Source: Marispirochaeta sp. | Lineage (GTDB): Bacteria; Spirochaetota; Spirochaetia; JC444; Marispirochaetaceae | Assembly (NCBI GenBank): GCA_963676835.2 | Contig: CAXXFF010000002.1 | Location: 1 to 64,000 of the forward strand | Direction: 5' to 3' | Length of the DNA stretch: 64,000 nt | Shown: positions 28,906 through 38,587 of the stretch, piece by piece | Numbering within the stretch: the stretch's first letter is position 1 | Layout: the number at the start of each line of letters is the position of its first letter | Translations under genes and position numbers: made by a program | The notes under the pieces: generated by a model | Database searches by the model: none | Told to the model about the DNA's origin: nothing | Seen by the model: the letters and a program-made list of their open reading frames with translations, nothing else

Positions 28906-29808
28906 TTACACCTCTTCCAGAGCTTTCTGACAAACCGGACAATAGTGGGTCGACCTCTGGGCCAGCACCGTCCGCTCCACGGCGGTACCGCAGATATAGC
29001 AGGCCTCTCCGGTACGGCGGAATACCATAAGAGACCCGGCGTTGCTTCCGTATACACCGGAGGATGAGAAATTGGAATCACCGTCTCCCAGGGAAGTCCC
29101 CCGGTTGAGAATCCCCGCGCTCAATGTCTGCCGTACTCCATCAAGAAGCTTTTCCGCTTCCGCATCGGTCAGGGAATCACCGGTGCGGAAAGGACTCAAT
29201 CCTGCGGCAAAGAGGGATTCATCGGCGTAGATATTTCCAAGACCGGCAAGAACGGACTGATCAAGGAGGAGTGCCTTAAAGGACCTGCGGCTTTTATTAA
29301 AGGCCTGCTGCAGGCAATCTGCCTGCAGAAGCGGGTCGAGGGGCTCGGGGCCGAGGGTATCGAGGATTTTCTCAGGCGCCGACGTTAAGCGCATACGGCC
29401 GAACTTGCGGGTATCGTGATAGACCAGCAGCCGGGATCCCAGGTCAAAAATCACCCGGTCGTGGATATCGGCAGTATAGGGAGGAGTTACCAGGGACAGC
29501 CCTCCGGTCATACGCAGATGCACCAGCAGTGATCTTTTTTGATTGGCATGTGATATTTCTTCAGACGGTTTTTCTTTTGAAAGATCTGACCGAGAAGGAT
29601 CTGAGTAAGAAAGAACAAACTGAAGATACTTTCCCCGGCGAAGAACATCTTCAATAAAATACCTGCAAATCTGCTTACGGAACTCATCGGGATCAGGCTC
29701 CGCAACAGTCCGTTCCCAGAAAAGGGAGACCCCCCGAATCTGCAGCCCCCGGATACCCGCCTTCAGCAGATCCCGCCTCAATGTCTCAACCTCCGGCAGT
29801 TCCGGCAC
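28906..29808 (-). CDS. mutM: Formamidopyrimidine-DNA glycosylase
   Basis: GTG start PELPEVE, RRGKYL, HLRMTG, GLGNIYADE, C-terminal CxxC..CPVCQ zinc finger; GAGGAG RBS. Confidence 0.95.
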   Translation of the reverse strand: MPELPEVETLRRDLLKAGIRGLQIRGVSLFWERTVAEPDPDEFRKQICRYFIEDVLRRGKYLQFVLSYSDPSRSDLSKEKPSEEISHANQKRSLLVHLRMTGGLSLVTPPYTADIHDRVIFDLGSRLLVYHDTRKFGRMRLTSAPEKILDTLGPEPLDPLLQADCLQQAFNKSRRSFKALLLDQSVLAGLGNIYADESLFAAGLSPFRTGDSLTDAEAEKLLDGVRQTLSAGILNRGTSLGDGDSNFSSSGVYGSNAGSLMVFRRTGEACYICGTAVERTVLAQRSTHYCPVCQKALEEV

Positions 29809-29973
29809 GTTTTTCTCCTCTTTTAATGGAATCTGCATTGAACCTGCAGATAAAATGGTGGTACCCCATGCTGTTGGGCAAGAAAAAACGTCCATACTGT
29901 CCGAAATGCAGGGAATCTATTAATAGAGATTAGCCTCACTGATTTTACACACCGCATATGCTATTATCTGTAT

Positions 29974-30828
29974 ATGAACAATTTCCGCCGCAGTATGCTG
30001 ATTATCATTACCCTTACTACTCTTCAGGCAGCATTAACCTCGTTTAATCTCTACGCTCTGGATGTAGTAGCGGATATTATTGAGCCCGCCCAGGCTTTAA
30101 AGGGGGCACCCTATGTATACGGAAACCAGGGCCCCCGCAGCTTCGACTGCTCAGGACTGGTGTACTATCTGTATAAACCCTTCCTTGCCACCATCCCCCG
30201 CTCCTCCCGGGACTATCCCCGCTACGGGAGCGCGGTTTCCATGGAAAACCTGAAACCGGGCGATCTGCTCCTTTTTGCCACCACCGGCAGCCCCGGAAGA
30301 GTCTCCCACGTGGCGATTTATATAGGACAGAATTCGGTAATTCATGCTGTATCCAACGGTCCCCAGACAGGGGTCATCGTATCCTCCATTGATTCGGGCT
30401 ACTGGAAACGTAAATTTCACAGTGCCAGACGGGTCTTCGATTTTTCAGTTCCAACAGAGGCCACAGTGGAGTATGAACGGGGAAGATACACCGGCCCGTT
30501 GAAAGACGGCGAACCCTCCGGCACAGGCCGGATGGAGCTGAATAATGGCGACCTCTATATAGGCGGATTTTCCGAAGGGCTTTTCCACGGCCAGGGTACC
30601 TACACCTGGAAAAACGGCAATACCTATACCGGAGAGTTCCGCAAGGGAGAGATAGTGGAGAAAAACACCCTTCCCGCCGATGAAGAAACATATATGGAAG
30701 AGCAGGATAACCCATGGAACGACTGGGACGGTGAAGTCTACGGCGACTACCGTGAATGGCGGAGCCGGGAAGAGTCTGCTTTTGAAGCATTTAAGGAACG
30801 GGACAAAGCAGGAACGCAGAACCGCTGA
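29974..30828 (+). CDS. NlpC/P60 (C40) peptidase with MORN repeats, exported
   Basis: PYVYG...FDCSG, PGDLLLF, SHVAIY, IHA; YTGPLKDGEPSGTG / YIGGFSEGLFHGQG MORN repeats. Confidence 0.9.
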   Translation: MNNFRRSMLIIITLTTLQAALTSFNLYALDVVADIIEPAQALKGAPYVYGNQGPRSFDCSGLVYYLYKPFLATIPRSSRDYPRYGSAVSMENLKPGDLLLFATTGSPGRVSHVAIYIGQNSVIHAVSNGPQTGVIVSSIDSGYWKRKFHSARRVFDFSVPTEATVEYERGRYTGPLKDGEPSGTGRMELNNGDLYIGGFSEGLFHGQGTYTWKNGNTYTGEFRKGEIVEKNTLPADEETYMEEQDNPWNDWDGEVYGDYREWRSREESAFEAFKERDKAGTQNR

Positions 30829-30843
30829 ATAAGGAGTAGACCC

Positions 30844-31599
30844 ATGAAAAAACTGACCGCTGTTTTAGCAGCTATGGTAATTCTTATAGGTGTAGAAAGC
30901 CTCTCGGCACAACAGCAGTACAGAAGTATTACTGCTTTTAAATTCAACTATTATACCGACGACCGCTCCTCCCTGGATTATGAGGAGGTTTTTCTTATTC
31001 CCCTGCCCAATCAGTACTTTCTCATAACCGGCATTTCCGGCGATGTCAGCGATTTTGACAGTTCCGTAGGGGGAAAAATCGGTCTGGCCTTTGATCTGCC
31101 GGGATTCTACTACGGAGAAACCTCACTCAGATATGAAAGAGAGTTCGATAATCCCGACCGGGAAAACTACCTGGCCCTGAACGGTTCGGTAACCTACGAA
31201 ACCGGAGGCACCCGGGCAAGCATGGACATTACCGGAGAGGTAACCGAAGAGAACAAGGGGGTTATCTTCTCCCCCGGCTTAAACTACATGGTTAACCCCG
31301 ACTGGGAACTCTATGCAAAGTACTTTGCCGGTTACCACCGCTACGGTTCCGAGCAGTTTTTCAACCACGCCCTCTGGGCTGGAACCATGTACCAGATTCT
31401 GCCGACTATCTGGCTTAATCTGGGAGGAACCGCCGGTACGGTATACGAGCCGGATGATTCCTACGAAAAATGGTCCCTTATAAGCGGAGTAAAGGTGTAT
31501 CCCACGGAAAATCTCTCCGTCCGCTATCAGTTTGAGTATGAATCAACGCCAAACTACGAAATTATATCAAACGGCGTAGTGGCGGACTGGAAGCTTTAG
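30844..31599 (+). CDS. Predicted outer-membrane beta-barrel protein (possibly YaiO-like)
   Basis: Signal peptide; aromatic amphipathic strands; C-terminal GVVADWKL beta-signal-like end. Confidence 0.65.
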   Translation: MKKLTAVLAAMVILIGVESLSAQQQYRSITAFKFNYYTDDRSSLDYEEVFLIPLPNQYFLITGISGDVSDFDSSVGGKIGLAFDLPGFYYGETSLRYEREFDNPDRENYLALNGSVTYETGGTRASMDITGEVTEENKGVIFSPGLNYMVNPDWELYAKYFAGYHRYGSEQFFNHALWAGTMYQILPTIWLNLGGTAGTVYEPDDSYEKWSLISGVKVYPTENLSVRYQFEYESTPNYEIISNGVVADWKL

Positions 31600-31659
31600 C
31601 AAAGGACTGTTTTCGCCGATACTGATACTGAAGAACCAATAAGGGAAGTCAGTATCAGT

Positions 31660-31992
31660 ATGAAGACGGATATTCTTGAAGATATTACCATTCTTGCCCC
31701 GGAAGTACGGCAGATAGACACCCTGAACGCAGAAGAGGTGGGCCGGAACCTTTCGGAAAGCTGCAGCGCAACCAACAAGGTTGTACTGGATCTGGAGGGG
31801 GTACAGTTTATCGACTCCTCCGGCCTGGGGATAATTCTGGCACTGGTTAGGGAAATGCATGAAAAGGGGGGAAAAATAGCCCTCTGTTGTGCCGGATCCA
31901 CCGTTCAGGCACTGTTCCGCATGGTAAGACTCAGCAACATAGTATCAATCTTCCAGTCCCGGAATGATGCGCTCTCTTCATTCACAAGCTGA
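31660..31992 (+). CDS. STAS anti-sigma-factor antagonist
   Basis: VVLDLEGVQFIDSSGLG with phosphorylatable Ser. Confidence 0.92.
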   Translation: MKTDILEDITILAPEVRQIDTLNAEEVGRNLSESCSATNKVVLDLEGVQFIDSSGLGIILALVREMHEKGGKIALCCAGSTVQALFRMVRLSNIVSIFQSRNDALSSFTS

Positions 31993-33727
31993 GCCGCTCC
32001 GGCGGATAGTCCGGCTTGCAACCGCTGGTTCAATCCTGCTGAGTGCAGCCCTCTGCCTGATGAACGGCAGCCCTGTTCTGTTGATCCTTCCAGCAATGCT
32101 GGGACTTGTTTTCTTTCTTTTTCTGCCTTCATGGTTCAGACCCAGACCACTTATCTCAGACAATCTTCTCACCGACCTGATTCAGAATGAGCAGCTGTTT
32201 TTAATACTGCTGAACGCCGGGGATCAGAAAATACTCTACATATCTCCCGGAGGGGACGCATATTTTGACTCCGACGGAAAAACCTGGGATTCCGGCTTCA
32301 GTCAGCAGGACAGAGAAACCCTGGAGAGAGATTTTAATGAAACCCTGGGCGGAGAAAATCAGCAGTCAGGAGAATTCCGCCTGTCCTGCAGAAATGATGT
32401 TGAAACATGGCTTTCCATCCGCATGTACGGGATCCGCACAGGAGAAAGAGCCGGACAGGTAGCAATTGTCTGCAGAGATGTTACGGAAGACAGGAATTCC
32501 AGACTGCAGCTGGTGAAGGCACGGGAATATGAAATTGAAGTGGGTGCACGGATTCAGCAGTCCCTCCTCCTGGGCCGCCCTCCTGTACAGACCCCGGGAA
32601 TTGTAATTGATACCTTTACCCTGCCCTCCCAGAAAATTGACGGTGATTTTATCGACTTCTTTAATGATTCCATTATGGAAACAAGTGATTTTCTTTTAGG
32701 CGATGTTATGGGAAAAGGGGTTCCCGCAGCCCTTATGGGTGCAGCTGCGCGTTCGGAGATAATGAAAGCCCACTGTCTTTCCGGAACAAACAGCGAATCC
32801 GGCCATAGATCGGGTACCGACTCGCCCGCGTCTATTCTCTCCCTGGCCTCCACCAATCTGGCGGGAGAACTGCAGAAGCTGAAATCCTTTGTTACCCTTG
32901 TCTACGGCCGGCTGAAAAACCAGGGCCGTATACTGGAGTTTGTGGACTGTGGACACACCAGCATGATCCACTATGACGCCGCGGCCGAAAGCTGCTGGAG
33001 ACTGAAAGGCGCGGATATGCCTCTGGGTTTCAGTGCAGCCCAGAACTTTACCTCCTATATGGCAGACCTGGGCCCGGAAGACATTATCTTTGCCTATTCA
33101 GACGGAATCACAGAGGCTGTAAACAGCGAGAATGAACTCTTCGGTGAAGAACGGCTCATGCTGCTGATCCGGGCATCTCACAATCTCTCCCCGGGTGATC
33201 TTTTAAACAAGATAAAACAGATAACCTTTGCCTACTGCGGCGGAAACTTCCGGGACGATATAACCTGTATCGCTCTTAAAGTGCAGGACCAGGCGGACAG
33301 CCCCGGGCGTAAGATAATCCAGAAAGAGTTTGCCCATAATCTGGATTCGATCCGGGAAATTCGCATGTTTTTTGCCGAAAGCCTGAATCTGCTGCTGAGT
33401 ACAAACGAAGCTGCTGCTGCAGCGGAGGAGATTAATATTGCCGCAGCCGAGGCAGTCTCCAATATTCTCAGGCATCAGGCGCCCACGGACAGCAGCCTGA
33501 AAATTACCCTGCGCAGGACCGCTTCATGGCTTGCAATTCACCTTGAATACAGCGGGGAAGAGTATAACTGGCAGGATATCGCCATTCCCGATGCAGAGAG
33601 CTACCAGCTGGGAGGCTATGGTCAGTACCTGATGAACACGGTAATGGATTCGGTAATTCTCGAACAGGGAGAACATCAGCGTCAGCGGCTGGTTATGATT
33701 AAGTCCCTGAAGGAGGAATCCCTGTGA
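31964..33727 (+). CDS. Membrane PAS + PP2C/SpoIIE phosphatase + RsbW-like HATPase fusion
   Basis: 2 TM; DGDFID, GDVMGKG, SDGITEA, RDDIT; C-terminal EAVSNILRH...GGYGQYLMNTVMD. Confidence 0.88.
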   Translation: MMRSLHSQAEPLRRIVRLATAGSILLSAALCLMNGSPVLLILPAMLGLVFFLFLPSWFRPRPLISDNLLTDLIQNEQLFLILLNAGDQKILYISPGGDAYFDSDGKTWDSGFSQQDRETLERDFNETLGGENQQSGEFRLSCRNDVETWLSIRMYGIRTGERAGQVAIVCRDVTEDRNSRLQLVKAREYEIEVGARIQQSLLLGRPPVQTPGIVIDTFTLPSQKIDGDFIDFFNDSIMETSDFLLGDVMGKGVPAALMGAAARSEIMKAHCLSGTNSESGHRSGTDSPASILSLASTNLAGELQKLKSFVTLVYGRLKNQGRILEFVDCGHTSMIHYDAAAESCWRLKGADMPLGFSAAQNFTSYMADLGPEDIIFAYSDGITEAVNSENELFGEERLMLLIRASHNLSPGDLLNKIKQITFAYCGGNFRDDITCIALKVQDQADSPGRKIIQKEFAHNLDSIREIRMFFAESLNLLLSTNEAAAAAEEINIAAAEAVSNILRHQAPTDSSLKITLRRTASWLAIHLEYSGEEYNWQDIAIPDAESYQLGGYGQYLMNTVMDSVILEQGEHQRQRLVMIKSLKEESL

Positions 33728-35697
33728 GTATTCATCCCGTGGTGCCGGACCGGGGAATTTTTCTGGTAAAAAGCAGCCGTACCCCCCGGCTGATCCCCTG
33801 TCATACCTATCTGATAATCGAGGGCAATTCCGCAGTCCTTATCGATCCGGGACCCGAGGAAGATTTTGCCGAAACCTACAGCAGCGTAACTGCACAAATC
33901 GGCTGTGAACAGATTGAGCATATAGTTCTTACCAGCGAACTGCCCGAAGGAGCTTCCAGCCTGGCACTCTGGGGTCATGCCGGATTTTCCGGCAAAGTGG
34001 TTGTCTCCTGGCAGAGCTACATTGCCGCCCGTTACTATGCTCCAGATATGGATTTTCACTCCCTGGCAGGAGCGAAAACCTCTCTTGCAATAGGAGAAAA
34101 CCGTATTCTTGAGTTTCTGCCCATTCCGGGGTTTCCCACTGCCGGCTCTCTTGTCTGCTGGGACAAAAGCTCACATACCCTTTTCTCGGGCAAACTGTTC
34201 GGATCAATTATGGGCGGTATATCGGAAGAAACCGAAGGCAACAGTCTTGAGCTGATAAGTTCCTACCACGATATCTACTTTGCCTCTGCTGTGCCGGACA
34301 ATCTTGCAGGCCGGCTTGCAAGCCTGAATCCTGCAAGGATATGCCCCCAGCACGGGGAGCCCCTGGATCAGAGAGAGACCAGCATACATGACATCCTGGA
34401 ACGTCTGGATATATCCGGCGGGTGCGGAGACTGCGGCTCTCCGGATCTGCAGCGCACAGGGATTCTGCATAAAATTTATCAGCAGCTTACCACATTATTT
34501 TCTCCAAAAGAGACAAGCTTCCTTGAGAGAAACCTGCCCGGCCATACCCAGGGGATCGACCATAAGGACTTTTCCGCTTTCTTCACAGAGATGCTCAATA
34601 CCCGGGGGTACACATGGCTTGCCCTGATCGATTCCGACCTGCGCAGGCTGTGCACAACCTCAGACCTGGAACTGCCGGATATCTACCGTAACCATGAAAA
34701 CGAGATCCAGAGCGGCCTGGGCAACCTGGTACGAGAGTTGAAAAACCTGCGGGAAACAAATTTCCAGCTGCAGCACTCCATTATCAAGGCCAGTGATGAT
34801 CTTATCCGTGATGGTGTTACCGGCTTGTATAATGAAAAATTCTTCAGTGAATATCTGACCAGTACCGTGGAAAGCGGCACCAGCTCGGGAGATTCTGTCC
34901 TGGTTATCCGCCTTGACGGTCTTAAAAACCTCAACAGTCGCTTTGGTGCCGAATCGGGAGATCTGACCCTCAAAGCCCTGGCCTCATTTCTGATGAACCG
35001 CAAAACAGAGTCGGGCGCCCTGTTCCGGCTCAACGGGCCGGCGTTTCTCTGGTATCTCCATTCCACAGAACGAAAAGGAGCGGAGGAATATGCCCGGGAC
35101 CTTCAGCAGCAGGTGGAAATAACAGGGGAGTTTATTGCCCCCATTACCGTTTCCGCAGCCCTGGTTGGAATGGATGAACTCATTAAGGCTGAAACCCCAA
35201 AAGACAAGATCTTCACCGAGCTGATGAAAACAATCAAACAGCGAATAAAGACCCTGGACCGCATGGGACCGGGGTCCATCTGCACATCCACGGGAATCTC
35301 GCTTTTCAGAAACTTATCCGGCTCCATAATGCTCATTGAAAGCAGTTTTTTTGAGGCACGGATAATGATGCAGATCCTGGAGGCCGAGGGCTTCGAAGTG
35401 CAGCATGTTGCCCATGGCGCCGAGGCTCTGACCGAAGCGGACCGGATACGGCCGGATGCAATTGTAAGCGAGATGTTCGTGGCCCAGATGGACGGGTTTC
35501 AGATTCGGAAAAACCTCCTGGCAACCCAGGATCTCAAGAATATTCCCTTTATTCTGGTCTCCCGGGAAAAAAGTGAAGCATCAATCCGCCGTGCCCACGA
35601 AATGCAGATTCTTCACCACTTTCGAAAACCTCTGGTTCCCGCGGAACTGACAGGAACACTTCACGCCCTTATTGCAGAGAGGAACAGGAACCAGTGA
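33724..35697 (+). CDS. MBL-fold + degenerate GGDEF + pseudo-receiver protein
   Basis: YLIIEGNSAVLIDPG...TLFSG..ICPQHG (MBL/ODP-like); DGVTGLYN..RLNGPAF; PDAIVSEM..MDG..RKP. Confidence 0.8.
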   Translation: MSIHPVVPDRGIFLVKSSRTPRLIPCHTYLIIEGNSAVLIDPGPEEDFAETYSSVTAQIGCEQIEHIVLTSELPEGASSLALWGHAGFSGKVVVSWQSYIAARYYAPDMDFHSLAGAKTSLAIGENRILEFLPIPGFPTAGSLVCWDKSSHTLFSGKLFGSIMGGISEETEGNSLELISSYHDIYFASAVPDNLAGRLASLNPARICPQHGEPLDQRETSIHDILERLDISGGCGDCGSPDLQRTGILHKIYQQLTTLFSPKETSFLERNLPGHTQGIDHKDFSAFFTEMLNTRGYTWLALIDSDLRRLCTTSDLELPDIYRNHENEIQSGLGNLVRELKNLRETNFQLQHSIIKASDDLIRDGVTGLYNEKFFSEYLTSTVESGTSSGDSVLVIRLDGLKNLNSRFGAESGDLTLKALASFLMNRKTESGALFRLNGPAFLWYLHSTERKGAEEYARDLQQQVEITGEFIAPITVSAALVGMDELIKAETPKDKIFTELMKTIKQRIKTLDRMGPGSICTSTGISLFRNLSGSIMLIESSFFEARIMMQILEAEGFEVQHVAHGAEALTEADRIRPDAIVSEMFVAQMDGFQIRKNLLATQDLKNIPFILVSREKSEASIRRAHEMQILHHFRKPLVPAELTGTLHALIAERNRNQ

Positions 35698-38537
35698 ATA
35701 TTCCTGTTCTTCTGCTTGTTTTCTTTATCCTGCTTGATTCAGCGGCAATTCTGCTTTTTGTCCTGCTTAAACGGCATCAGAAGAGCAATTTCCGGAAAGA
35801 GATGCGTGTCCGGGATCTGCTGCTCCAGGCGGCTTTTTCAAAAGAACCTGTTCCCCCCTCATCCATGCATACCCTGCAACATCATTATTGTGTTGCCATC
35901 CGGGAACTTTCGGCTCTTTTCGGTATCATGATCCCCGGGAAGGATGAGCAGGAAAGGCTGCAGATGCTTTTCCGGGAGGCGGGAATTACAGAAAAGCTGA
36001 AGAAGCTGCTTGCATCACGAAACCCCCGTCACCGCTATATGAGTGCCTTGACCCTTCGCCATCTTTTACCGAAAAACCAGCGGGAATGTCTTGCAAAAAG
36101 ACTGAGAATTGAATCCAGGCGCCATGTGAAGACCGCACTTGCAAAGGGACTCCTCGATTCAAGCCGGGGAACCTGCTTCGACGCTCTGGCGGAAAGCCTG
36201 GGATCAGACCGGGAATATAATAAGACCGTGGCAGCAATGGTCAGTGTCTCCGGCACCCGGTTTATCGGCTGGGCCAGACAGAATCTGAAAAATACTGATA
36301 TGCGCTACCGGCTGCTTATCCTCTACGGGGCCAGGTTTCATACAGCCTCCTGGCTGAGAGATTTTGCATATACTTCACTCAAAGACCCAAGCGGGGAAAT
36401 TCGTGAAGCTGCGCTTGAATGTGTCCGGATTTATCCGGATATTGCCTCGGGTGGCGAAAACCTCACCTCTTCAGACCCCGCTGTCTTACGGGCAACTGTG
36501 CTCTCCCAGGCGAGACAAGGCGGAGACCTTGATATTTCCCTCTTTGCCGCACATTTTACCCGGGACGAAACATTCCAGGCTGCTGTTGAGGGATTAAGGG
36601 ATTATATCCAGCGGTTTCCCGAGGCTATTAATTCGGTTCTTAACCTGATAAACACCACCAGCGAGGAGACAATCCGCCGAGGCGCGTCCATCTGCCTGGC
36701 TGGAAGAATTCCATATCTGCTGGCACAGGATTTTTCCCTTGAGAAAATAGATTCTCTTGTACGTATATGCGCAGAAGAGGGCTTCTCCTCGGGGCTTATT
36801 GCCTTTATCAACAACAGTAAAGACAGATCACTTATGGAGAGGATAAAACCACTGTTACTGTCCATGATAGAGGATATTCCCGATTTTCGTCGTGAGGCAA
36901 ACCGCTTTCTCAATCCGGACCTGCTGACTGAACTGGGAATGACGCAGGATACTAAAGCACAGAATATTCCCCGGATTCCATTGAACATGAAAGACCGCAT
37001 CCTCATTCTGGTACTGCTGATTCTGGTTATCGCGGTACCTCTGTCGGCAATGGCGGTAAGTTTTGTAATTTCAGATACTCCAATCTCATTGCCGGCCTTC
37101 GCACGCCATGCGGTACACAGCTATACCGCTATTTTCGCCTGGTACGCCGCCGTCCTGAATACGGTATATGTGCTGCTGCTGCTTTCTGCCATTCTCAATC
37201 TTTACCGGCAGACCAAATACTGGAAGATCCAGGATAATGACTTTCTCTTTACCCCCGGGGTTGTCCCCTCCATCGCGGTAATTGCACCGGCGTATAACGA
37301 AGAGAAAACCGTTGTGGAGAGCGTAAACTCTCTGCTCACACTGGTTTATCCCGATTATCAGGTTATTGTGGTCAATGACGGATCTGCGGATGACACCATC
37401 GGGGTGCTGAAAGAGGAGTTCCAGCTTATCCGCATAGACCGCCAGCCGGAGGGAAATCTCAGCACCGCTCCGGTTAGGGGCATCTACCAGTCACCCCTGA
37501 ACAGCAGGCTGCTGGTGGTGGACAAGGAAAACGGCGGCAAGGCGGATGCCCTTAACTGCGGAATCAATTACGGAGAAAAAGAGTTTGTCTGCAGTATCGA
37601 CTCCGACTCCCTGCTGGAACCGGACTCCCTGCTGCGTATGACCTCGGAGGCAATGACAAGCCGGCACGAAACCATTGCCATCGGCGGCAATATCCTCCCG
37701 GTCAACGGCTGTTCCGTTAACCACGGGGCACTGCAGAAGATTGCCCTGGGGAAAAATCGCTATGCCCGGCTTCAGACCATCGAATACCTCCGCTCCTTTA
37801 TTGCAGGGCGCCTGGGATGGGCCCAGTTGAATGCCCTGCTGATAATTTCCGGGGCCTTCGGGCTTTTCAAGCGGGAGCGGGTACTTGAAATAGGAGGCTA
37901 CCTCACCGGCAGAGGGATCCACAAAAAAGACACCGTCGGGGAAGACATGGAGCTGGTGGTGAGGCTGATCCGCCATATGGGAGAAATACGGAAGCCTTAC
38001 CGTGTTCAATATGCCGCTACGGCAAACTGCTGGACCGAGGTCCCCGAAGACCTGAACAGCATCTACAAACAGCGGGACCGCTGGCACCGGGGACTAACCG
38101 AAATTATGACCTTCCACCGCCGGATGCTCTTTAATCCCCGCTATGGAACAGCAGGGTTAATAGGCCTGCCCTATTTTCTCATATTCGAAATTATCGGCCC
38201 TTTTTACGAATTCTCCGGCTACCTGTTTCTGCTCATAGGCTTTATTGCAGGACTCCACTCCGTGGCGGTTTACCTGATACTTTTCAGTGTCTGCATTCTC
38301 TTCGGCACCCTGGTCTCCCTGATTTCACTGATCCTGTCGGAGCACGGCATTGTCTACTTCAGCCACCGGGAAATAATAAAACTGCTTTTAAGTACCTTCA
38401 GCGAAAACTTCGGCTACCGGCAGCTTATGGGTTGGCTGAGGGTATTCTCGTTAACGGGAATGCTCTTCAAGAACAAGGGTTGGCAGAAGCTTGAAAGAAA
38501 AGGCTTTTCCCCGGCGCCGGCCAAAACGCAAAAATAA
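35694..38537 (+). CDS. HEAT-repeat + processive GT2 glycosyltransferase fusion
   Basis: N-terminal TM + HEAT-like helices; NDGS, GGKADALN, DSD, GEDMEL, QRDRW; C-terminal TMs. Confidence 0.9.
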   Translation: MNIPVLLLVFFILLDSAAILLFVLLKRHQKSNFRKEMRVRDLLLQAAFSKEPVPPSSMHTLQHHYCVAIRELSALFGIMIPGKDEQERLQMLFREAGITEKLKKLLASRNPRHRYMSALTLRHLLPKNQRECLAKRLRIESRRHVKTALAKGLLDSSRGTCFDALAESLGSDREYNKTVAAMVSVSGTRFIGWARQNLKNTDMRYRLLILYGARFHTASWLRDFAYTSLKDPSGEIREAALECVRIYPDIASGGENLTSSDPAVLRATVLSQARQGGDLDISLFAAHFTRDETFQAAVEGLRDYIQRFPEAINSVLNLINTTSEETIRRGASICLAGRIPYLLAQDFSLEKIDSLVRICAEEGFSSGLIAFINNSKDRSLMERIKPLLLSMIEDIPDFRREANRFLNPDLLTELGMTQDTKAQNIPRIPLNMKDRILILVLLILVIAVPLSAMAVSFVISDTPISLPAFARHAVHSYTAIFAWYAAVLNTVYVLLLLSAILNLYRQTKYWKIQDNDFLFTPGVVPSIAVIAPAYNEEKTVVESVNSLLTLVYPDYQVIVVNDGSADDTIGVLKEEFQLIRIDRQPEGNLSTAPVRGIYQSPLNSRLLVVDKENGGKADALNCGINYGEKEFVCSIDSDSLLEPDSLLRMTSEAMTSRHETIAIGGNILPVNGCSVNHGALQKIALGKNRYARLQTIEYLRSFIAGRLGWAQLNALLIISGAFGLFKRERVLEIGGYLTGRGIHKKDTVGEDMELVVRLIRHMGEIRKPYRVQYAATANCWTEVPEDLNSIYKQRDRWHRGLTEIMTFHRRMLFNPRYGTAGLIGLPYFLIFEIIGPFYEFSGYLFLLIGFIAGLHSVAVYLILFSVCILFGTLVSLISLILSEHGIVYFSHREIIKLLLSTFSENFGYRQLMGWLRVFSLTGMLFKNKGWQKLERKGFSPAPAKTQK

Positions 38538-38538
38538 C

Positions 38539-38566
38539 AAAAAGAGCCCGCCGAACGACGGGCTCT
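38539..38566. terminator. Terminator hairpin between convergent GT2 and MCP genes
   Basis: AAAA-AGAGCCCG...CGGGCTCT; U-tract on minus strand. Confidence 0.65.
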
Positions 38567-38587
38567 GTGACTGCATTTAATGAAGGA

